Assembly (NCBI GenBank): GCA_964611005.1
Contig: CAZSZZ010000001.1
Coordinates: forward strand, 1-24,000
Source of the DNA: an uncultured Candidatus Izemoplasmatales bacterium
GTDB taxonomy: Bacteria > Bacillota_I > Bacilli_A > Izemoplasmatales > Hujiaoplasmataceae
Length of the DNA: 24,000 bases
Direction of reading: 5' to 3'
A model generated the notes under the pieces. It searched no databases, had not been told where the DNA came from, and saw only the letters and a list, made by a program, of their open reading frames with translations. A program made the position numbers and the translations under genes. Positions 18,899 through 24,000 of this stretch are shown piece by piece; the first letter of the stretch is position 1; each line of letters begins with the position of its first letter.

Positions 18899-19210
18899 TT
18901 ACACCTTTTCTAATTGTTTTCTTGTATTTTCTAATGAAATTTTATTTTTATCAATTTGATCAATTATAGAATTAATCTTTTTTTTCTTTTCAAGCATTTT
19001 CAATATTTTTTCATAATTTTCTAAATGACTAACCACATTTTTTAATTGCATATGTACAGCGTTTCTACTTACTGATAAAATCTCTGAAATTTCTGATAAT
19101 GAATAATCGCTTAAATAATAATATTCATAATACATTCTTTGTTTTTCCGTTAATAATTTTCCATATATATCATACAAGGAATTCATTCTAATTTTATCTT
19201 CTAATTTCAT
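18899..19210 (-). CDS. ylxM: YlxM-family (UPF0122) helix-turn-helix protein of the SRP operon
   Basis: 103 aa with a sigma-70 region-4-like HTH (YSLSEISEILSVSRNAVHMQLK). It occupies the conserved position between ftsY and ffh, as in Firmicutes. Confidence 0.85.
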   Translation of the reverse strand: MKLEDKIRMNSLYDIYGKLLTEKQRMYYEYYYLSDYSLSEISEILSVSRNAVHMQLKNVVSHLENYEKILKMLEKKKKINSIIDQIDKNKISLENTRKQLEKV

Positions 19211-19222
19211 AATATTCCCCTA

Positions 19223-20191
19223 TTAAAAAAAGTCTGCGAATAATCCATAAATATAGTTTTCTATATCAAAATATTCTAAATCTTCTAATTTCTCCCCTAA
19301 ACCAACAAATGAAATAGGAATTCCTAATTTATTGCGAATCGCAAGCACTATTCCACCCTTAGCTGTTCCATCTAATTTAGTTAATATAATTCCAGTTACA
19401 TCAGTTGCCTCTGAAAAAATTTTTGCTTGAGATAATCCATTTTGTCCCGTTGTTGCATCAATGACTAAATATGTTTCAAATATCTCACTATTATTTTCTC
19501 TTTTAATAATACGATTAATTTTACTCAATTCATTCATTAAGTTTTTCTTATTTTGTAAACGTCCTGCAGTATCTATTAATAAAACATCTATCTTGTCTTT
19601 TTTTGCCTGATTAATGGCCTCAAAAATAACACTTGCTGGATCGCTTCCAGCTTCTTTAGAAACTACAGGAACTCCAACTCTTTCACCAAATACTTTTAAT
19701 TGATTAATGGCTCCTGCACGAAAAGTATCTCCAGCAGCTAACATCACTGTTTTTCCTTCTTGTTTTATTTTGTATGCTAATTTACCAATAGTCGTTGTTT
19801 TTCCAGTACCATTTACTCCAACAAAAAGAATTATCGTTAATCCATTCAGATTATATCTTATGTTGGTATTAATGATCTCATCTTTTAAATACAATTCGAA
19901 CATCTTATCTACGATTAAATTTTCTAATTGTAAAGGACTTTGAATGTTTTCCTTTTTTACAATTTCACGAAGACCATCAATAAATTCAATCACTGTATCT
20001 ACACCGATATCAGACATGATAAATATTTCTTCTAATTTAGAAAATAAATCTTCATTTATTGATTTAGATTTTGTTAAAATGTCTTTCAAAGAGGATAATG
20101 AACCACTCCTCGTTTTCATCATACCAATTTTATATTTTTCAGCTCTACGTTTCCGTTCTTGATTTTGAAAGAATCTTTGAAATAATCCCAT
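19223..20191 (-). CDS. ftsY: SRP receptor FtsY
   Basis: The NG domain carries GVNGTGKTTT, DTAGR and TKLDGTAKGG. I moved the start from GTG 20203 to ATG 20191 (MGLFQRFF...), because AAGGTGGTG lies about 7 nt upstream of that ATG. Confidence 0.95.
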   Translation of the reverse strand: MGLFQRFFQNQERKRRAEKYKIGMMKTRSGSLSSLKDILTKSKSINEDLFSKLEEIFIMSDIGVDTVIEFIDGLREIVKKENIQSPLQLENLIVDKMFELYLKDEIINTNIRYNLNGLTIILFVGVNGTGKTTTIGKLAYKIKQEGKTVMLAAGDTFRAGAINQLKVFGERVGVPVVSKEAGSDPASVIFEAINQAKKDKIDVLLIDTAGRLQNKKNLMNELSKINRIIKRENNSEIFETYLVIDATTGQNGLSQAKIFSEATDVTGIILTKLDGTAKGGIVLAIRNKLGIPISFVGLGEKLEDLEYFDIENYIYGLFADFF

Positions 20192-20219
20192 GATTCTCAC
20201 CACCTTAAATTCATATTGT

Positions 20220-20248
20220 ATTATATCATAATTTTGCTAAATTTCTAA
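20220..20248 (-). promoter_or_regulatory. ftsY-ylxM-ffh promoter candidate: TTAGAA, 17-nt spacer, TGaTATAAT
   Basis: On the minus strand a consensus -10 TATAAT is at 20225-20220 with a TGn extension. The -35 TTAGAA is at 20248-20243, immediately after the terminator U-tract. The leader before the ftsY ATG is about 20 nt. Confidence 0.55.
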
Positions 20249-20280
20249 AAAAATTCGCTTCTTATTATAGAAGCGAATTT
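20247..20280 (-). terminator. Strong Rho-independent terminator (perfect 11-bp stem plus U-tract)
   Basis: The minus-strand RNA reads AAAUUCGCUUC-UAUAAUAA-GAAGCGAAUUU followed by UUUU, so the U-run totals 7. It lies about 105 nt downstream of the topA stop codon. Confidence 0.85.
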
Positions 20281-20333
20281 AGGAAGGGTAAGTGTTATAA
20301 TAACACTTTCAGGGAAATGCAACTTGCGTTGCG
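20247..20333 (-). ncRNA. Candidate small RNA of about 87 nt of unknown family (own promoter, no ORF, own terminator)
   Basis: The unit is bounded by the promoter at 20339-20367 and the terminator at 20247-20280. The predicted RNA has a 5' hairpin GCAAC-GCAA-GUUGC with a GNRA loop (20332-20319), a linker AUUUCCCUGA, a hairpin AAGUGUUA-UUA-UAACACUU (20308-20290), a linker ACCCUUCCU, and the terminator hairpin. It has no ATG and no SD. Confidence 0.45.
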
Positions 20334-20338
20334 TTATC

Positions 20339-20367
20339 ATAATAACATAAGTATATAAAACTGTCAA
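20339..20367 (-). promoter_or_regulatory. Near-consensus promoter inside the topA-ftsY spacer: TTGACA, 17-nt spacer, TGtTATTAT
   Basis: On the minus strand a consensus -35 TTGACA is at 20367-20362, the spacer is exactly 17 nt, and the -10 TATTAT is at 20344-20339 with a TGn extension. It starts 20 nt after the topA stop codon. Confidence 0.5.
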
Positions 20368-20386
20368 TTGATGTTTTTGTGAAGAT

Positions 20387-22456
20387 TTATTTATGGTAAT
20401 TACAGTCTGGATTTATACAATAAATTTCATGTTTTTCATTTTCAACCACTACATTTCCACACTTAGGACAAAATTCATCTGTGACCTTCAAAGGAGAAAT
20501 ATATTTGCATTTTGGAAATGTAGAAGCTGCTAAAAATTTCTTGCCTTTATTTTTACCTTTTTTAGCCACTCTTACTACAAGGGTAGCTCCTTCACATTCA
20601 GGACACTTAACTAAAGTATCGAATACTTCAATTTTAGGTTTATTGTTATTAGGTTTAATGTATTTACATTTAGGATAATTAGAACATGCTTCAAATTCTC
20701 CGTACTTACTTTGTCTAAAAACCATAGGAGATCCGCAAATTGGACAGAGTTCACCAGTTTCTTTAGGTTTAATTTTTGTCATATTATTTTCAGCATTATT
20801 AATTAATGGCATAAAGTAATCATAAAAATCTTTAAGAACTCTACTGCGTTCATCTTCTCCTAGAGCTATTTTGTCTAATAATACTTCCATCTTTTTTGAG
20901 TAGTCAGGCCCGATAAATTCATGGAAAAACTCATCTAATTTTTTAATTGTTAAAATTCCTTGTTCAGTTGGATAAAACTTTTTTTCTTTATATACAACAT
21001 ATTTGCGTTTCTTTATTGTTTGAATTGTTTGTGCATAAGTTGAAGGTCTTCCAATCTCTAAATCTTCCATCTTTTTAATAAGAGACGATTCAGTATATCT
21101 CGCTGGTGGATTAGTAAATAATTGTTTAAAAAATACTTCATTAGCTTTTAAAGTATCTCCTTCTCTATATTTAGATAAATCTAAAAAAACTTCCTTATCT
21201 ATTGTTTCATATAATTTGTATATTTTTAAATATCCATCAAATAATTCTTTTGTACTACTTATTTTAAATTTAACTTTATTATTTTTTAGTAAAATAGAAG
21301 TAGTTTCGGTTTTTTTAGGTTTCATTAAAGAAGCCATAGCTCTGACATAAATTAAGCTATAAATCTTATGCTCTTGTGGAGTTAAATATTTTTTCATCAT
21401 TTTAGGTGTTCTATAAATATTTGTTGGACGAATCGCTTCGTGAGCATCTTGGATATTTTTATTTTGTTTTGATTTTCTATAATTGCCAAAATATTTAGCA
21501 CCAAATTCTCGTGTAACATATTCCTTAACTTCAGAAACAAATGAACTAGATAATCGTGAAGAATCTGTACGCATATAAGTAATTAATCCAACTGTTTCAT
21601 TACCTATATCTTTTCCTTCGTACAATGACTGAGCTAAACTCATCGTCTTTGTCGGAGAAAACCCATATTTGCTTGATGCTAATCTTTCTAAAGTAGAAGT
21701 TATAAATGCTGGTTTAGGATTTACAGTATTTATCTTAGAAGTTATTGATTCAACTTTAAATAATGTATTTAATGAATCAATGATTTCTTCAGCTTCTTTT
21801 TGTGTAGAAATTTTTGGCTTTTTATCGTTTATTTTAACTAGTTTAGCTTCAATTTTTTCAAATAAAGCATAAATTTCATAGTATTCCTCTATATTAAATT
21901 CTTTAATTTCATTTTCGCGATCAACAATAAGCTTTAAAACAGCGGATTGAACTCTACCTGCTGATTTTGATTTAATTTTTGATTGAAGAAGCTTTGAAAG
22001 CTTAAATCCAATAATACGATCTAATATCCTTCTCGTTTCTTGCGAGTTAACTAAATTTCTATTAATTTCTCCTGGATTAGAGAAAGCTTTTTTTATGGCA
22101 TCTCTAGTTATTTCATTGAAGACAACTCGATGAATACTTTGATTTTTAATGTTTAATGTCTCACTCAAATGCCAAGATATAGCTTCTCCTTCTCTATCGG
22201 GGTCAGTGGCAAGATACAATTCATCGCTTTCTTTTAAGGCTTTATTTAAATTATGTATTACTTTCTTTTTATCAGGCAATACAACATATTTTGGTTTAAA
22301 ATCATTTTCTACATCTACTCCTAATCCACCAGGACCAGCAATAGCCAAATCACGGATATGTCCAATAGAAGATTGAACTTGGTAATCTTCTCCTAAATAT
22401 TGTGCAATTGTTTTTGATTTAGCTGGCGATTCAACAATAACTAATTTTTTACTCAT
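20387..22456 (-). CDS. topA: DNA topoisomerase I with three C-terminal Cys4 zinc ribbons
   Basis: The Toprim N-terminus is KKLVIVESPAKSKTIAQYLG, the active-site region is TYMRTDS, and the three zinc ribbons are CPICG...CSNYPKC, CPEC...FPKC and CPKCG...CINPDC. I moved the start from 22507 to ATG 22456 (MSKKLVIVESPAK), which has a GAGGA SD. The 17 extra codons in the track cover the promoter. Confidence 0.96.
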   Translation of the reverse strand: MSKKLVIVESPAKSKTIAQYLGEDYQVQSSIGHIRDLAIAGPGGLGVDVENDFKPKYVVLPDKKKVIHNLNKALKESDELYLATDPDREGEAISWHLSETLNIKNQSIHRVVFNEITRDAIKKAFSNPGEINRNLVNSQETRRILDRIIGFKLSKLLQSKIKSKSAGRVQSAVLKLIVDRENEIKEFNIEEYYEIYALFEKIEAKLVKINDKKPKISTQKEAEEIIDSLNTLFKVESITSKINTVNPKPAFITSTLERLASSKYGFSPTKTMSLAQSLYEGKDIGNETVGLITYMRTDSSRLSSSFVSEVKEYVTREFGAKYFGNYRKSKQNKNIQDAHEAIRPTNIYRTPKMMKKYLTPQEHKIYSLIYVRAMASLMKPKKTETTSILLKNNKVKFKISSTKELFDGYLKIYKLYETIDKEVFLDLSKYREGDTLKANEVFFKQLFTNPPARYTESSLIKKMEDLEIGRPSTYAQTIQTIKKRKYVVYKEKKFYPTEQGILTIKKLDEFFHEFIGPDYSKKMEVLLDKIALGEDERSRVLKDFYDYFMPLINNAENNMTKIKPKETGELCPICGSPMVFRQSKYGEFEACSNYPKCKYIKPNNNKPKIEVFDTLVKCPECEGATLVVRVAKKGKNKGKKFLAASTFPKCKYISPLKVTDEFCPKCGNVVVENEKHEIYCINPDCNYHK

Positions 22457-22479
22457 TTTATTCCTCATTTCATTATAAT

Positions 22480-22507
22480 AATATATACATTTTCTATTAA
22501 TTGTCAA
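22480..22507 (-). promoter_or_regulatory. topA promoter candidate: TTGACA, 16-nt spacer, TATATT
   Basis: On the minus strand a consensus -35 TTGACA is at 22507-22502, and the -10 TATATT is at 22485-22480, about 24 nt upstream of the ATG at 22456. Confidence 0.5.
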
Positions 22508-22568
22508 CTGTTTTTATTTGAAAAAATTAGTGCTATTTTTCTAATAATATATATATATTATTAAGTTC

Positions 22569-22600
22569 AAAAAAAAGAATCTTATTTTTTAGATTCTTTT
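22569..22600 (-). terminator. Rho-independent terminator after prfA-prmC
   Basis: The minus-strand RNA reads AAAAGAAUCU-AAAAAAUA-AGAUUCUUUU followed by UUUU, with a perfect 10-bp stem. It begins 8 nt after the prmC stop codon. Confidence 0.75.
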
Positions 22601-22608
22601 AACTTAAT

Positions 22609-23463
22609 TTAAAAACCATTGATAACAAATGTCATTCTATCCTTATTTTGCATATCCTTCATTGTATAAACAAAAGCATTCGGAAAATATTTTAGGACGA
22701 TTTGTTTTAAATCTTTTGCTTTATCATAACCGTGCTCAAATGCAATAATCGATTGTGAATTTAAAATATCTAAAGCATTAGATAATATTTCGCGATAAAA
22801 TTTTAACCCATCTTCACCCCCAAATAAGGCAACATGTGGTTCATTATCAATAATAATATCATCAACTTCTTCTCTTTCAGGAATATATGGAGGATTTGAA
22901 ACAAGAATATCAAACTTGTCACCTCTAATAGGTTCTAACATGTTTCCTTTCAAGAATGTTACCGAAGCATTTAAATTATCAGCGTTTTGTTTCGCTACCT
23001 CTAAAGCTTCTTCGCTGATGTCAGTAGCAAAAACTTTAATATGATTAGGTTCTTCAAGTTGTAATGTAATTGCTAAACATCCAGAACCAGTACCCACATC
23101 TAATAATTTAATATTTTTATTTTCAAAGTATTTATCATATAAAATAAGAACATTAGCTACTAATTCTTCTGTTTCAAATCTTGGTATTAAAACCTTATCA
23201 TTTACAATGAATTTATAACCATAAAAATATACAAAACCCATAATATGTTGAACAGGTATATTTTTTTCTGCATATAGTTTAATAGCTTCAATAAATTCAT
23301 TATATTTATCTTTGGACATTTCTTTTTCATACATTATATATAAATCAGTCGGAGATAAATTCGAAAAATGCAGCAATAATAATTTAGCTGCACTTGATTC
23401 TTTATTGTTTTTTCTTAATATTTTATTAGCTTCTTTTAATGCTTTTTGGTAGGTGATTATCAT
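22609..23463 (-). CDS. prmC: Release-factor glutamine N5-methyltransferase (PrmC/HemK)
   Basis: 284 aa with the SAM motif [11 protein letters not shown] and the catalytic NPPYI. The start overlaps the prfA TGA (ATGA at 23460-23463). Confidence 0.93.
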   Translation of the reverse strand: MIITYQKALKEANKILRKNNKESSAAKLLLLHFSNLSPTDLYIMYEKEMSKDKYNEFIEAIKLYAEKNIPVQHIMGFVYFYGYKFIVNDKVLIPRFETEELVANVLILYDKYFENKNIKLLDVGTGSGCLAITLQLEEPNHIKVFATDISEEALEVAKQNADNLNASVTFLKGNMLEPIRGDKFDILVSNPPYIPEREEVDDIIIDNEPHVALFGGEDGLKFYREILSNALDILNSQSIIAFEHGYDKAKDLKQIVLKYFPNAFVYTMKDMQNKDRMTFVINGF

Positions 23464-24000
23464 TTTGATTCCAATTTCCTTTTTTGTTCTTCAGTAACTA
23501 AAGCTTCTATTATAGGATCTAATCTTCCATCAATTACTCTATCAAGTTGTTGAATTGTAAATCCAATTCTATGATCAGTAATCCTATTTTGCGGATAGTT
23601 GTAAGTTCTTATTTTTTCTGAACGATCTCCTGATCCTATTTTTGATTTTCGTGCTTCGCCTTCTTTTCTTAATTTTTCTTGTAAGAGTTTATCATAAAGT
23701 CTTGCACGAAGTATTTTTAGAGCAGAAGCTTTATTTTCATGTTGACTTTTACCATCTTGACATTGTGCTACTGTATTTGTAGGTAGATGAGTAACTCTAA
23801 CGGCCGACCTTGTTGTATTTACAGATTGTCCACCTGGTCCACTAGAATTAAATGTATCAACCCTCACTTCATCCATATTCATTTCAAAATCTATTTCTTC
23901 AGCTTCTGGTAAGACAACAACTGTAGCAGTTGAGGTGTGAATTCGTCCACTAGATTCTGTTTGAGGTACTCTTTGAACTCTATGAACTCCTGATTCATAT
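23460..24000 (-). CDS. prfA: Peptide chain release factor 1, 5' end (N-terminus) runs off the right edge of the window
   Basis: The track starts at an internal Met (23882), but the frame stays open to the window edge. The upstream translation [39 protein letters not shown] is conserved RF1 sequence, and the GGQ motif (SGPGGQSVN) is present. Confidence 0.95.
   Translation of the reverse strand, partial: YESGVHRVQRVPQTESSGRIHTSTATVVVLPEAEEIDFEMNMDEVRVDTFNSSGPGGQSVNTTRSAVRVTHLPTNTVAQCQDGKSQHENKASALKILRARLYDKLLQEKLRKEGEARKSKIGSGDRSEKIRTYNYPQNRITDHRIGFTIQQLDRVIDGRLDPIIEALVTEEQKRKLESK

Noticed and set aside
20192-20203. GTG start for ftsY used by the ORF track (MVRIMGLF...)
   Set aside because: The GTG codons are themselves part of the AAGGTGGTG Shine-Dalgarno sequence that is correctly spaced for the ATG at 20191.
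20247-20333. The idea that the small transcription unit next to ftsY-ylxM-ffh is the SRP (4.5S/scRNA) RNA
   Set aside because: Neither strand shows the conserved helix-8 signature, a GNRA tetraloop closed by the GGUCC...GGAAGCAGC-type symmetric and asymmetric loops with the AGCA motif. The only GNRA loop closes a plain 5-bp stem.
22457-22507. A 17-codon N-terminal extension of topA in the ORF track (MTINRKCIYYYNEMRNK)
   Set aside because: The extension covers the TTGACA/TATATT promoter and the GAGGA SD. The conserved Toprim N-terminus begins at MSKKLVIVESPAK (ATG 22456).

Overview
This is an AT-rich core-genome window from a low-GC Firmicute/Mollicute-type bacterium, and every gene but one is on the minus strand. 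The standard genetic code is in use. TGA is the stop codon in four ATGA stop/start overlaps, the RbgA Trp codon I checked is TGG, and all conserved proteins read through intact. That fits an Acholeplasma-like or Erysipelotrichia-like organism better than a Mycoplasma-like (code 4) one. Read in the direction of transcription (right to left), the layout is: prfA(partial)-prmC, terminator; topA; a promoter-to-terminator unit of about 87 nt with no ORF (candidate sRNA); ftsY-ylxM-ffh, convergent with a Cof-type HAD phosphatase (the only plus-strand gene); a tightly coupled seven-gene unit (membrane protein, TM-less ftsK, lepB, rbgA, rnhB fused to HAD, tsaC, GGDEF); upp-atpZ-atpI-atpBEFHAGDC-dut, terminator; rpsB(partial). 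I see no tRNA/rRNA genes, CRISPR arrays, IS elements or transposases, and no recognisable defence or toxin-antitoxin modules. I do not find a convincing novel multi-gene system here, because most of the window is conserved housekeeping synteny. The items worth a second look are: (1) the orphan promoter/terminator sRNA candidate between topA and ftsY; (2) an in-frame RNase HII::HAD fusion that keeps a perfect internal Shine-Dalgarno and ATG; (3) a GGDEF diguanylate cyclase with an uncharacterised N-terminal domain at the end of a housekeeping operon; (4) a soluble FtsK translationally coupled to an unknown membrane protein; (5) a complete Na+-binding signature in the F-ATPase c subunit. All coordinates and motifs were read by eye from the sequence, and no database search was possible.
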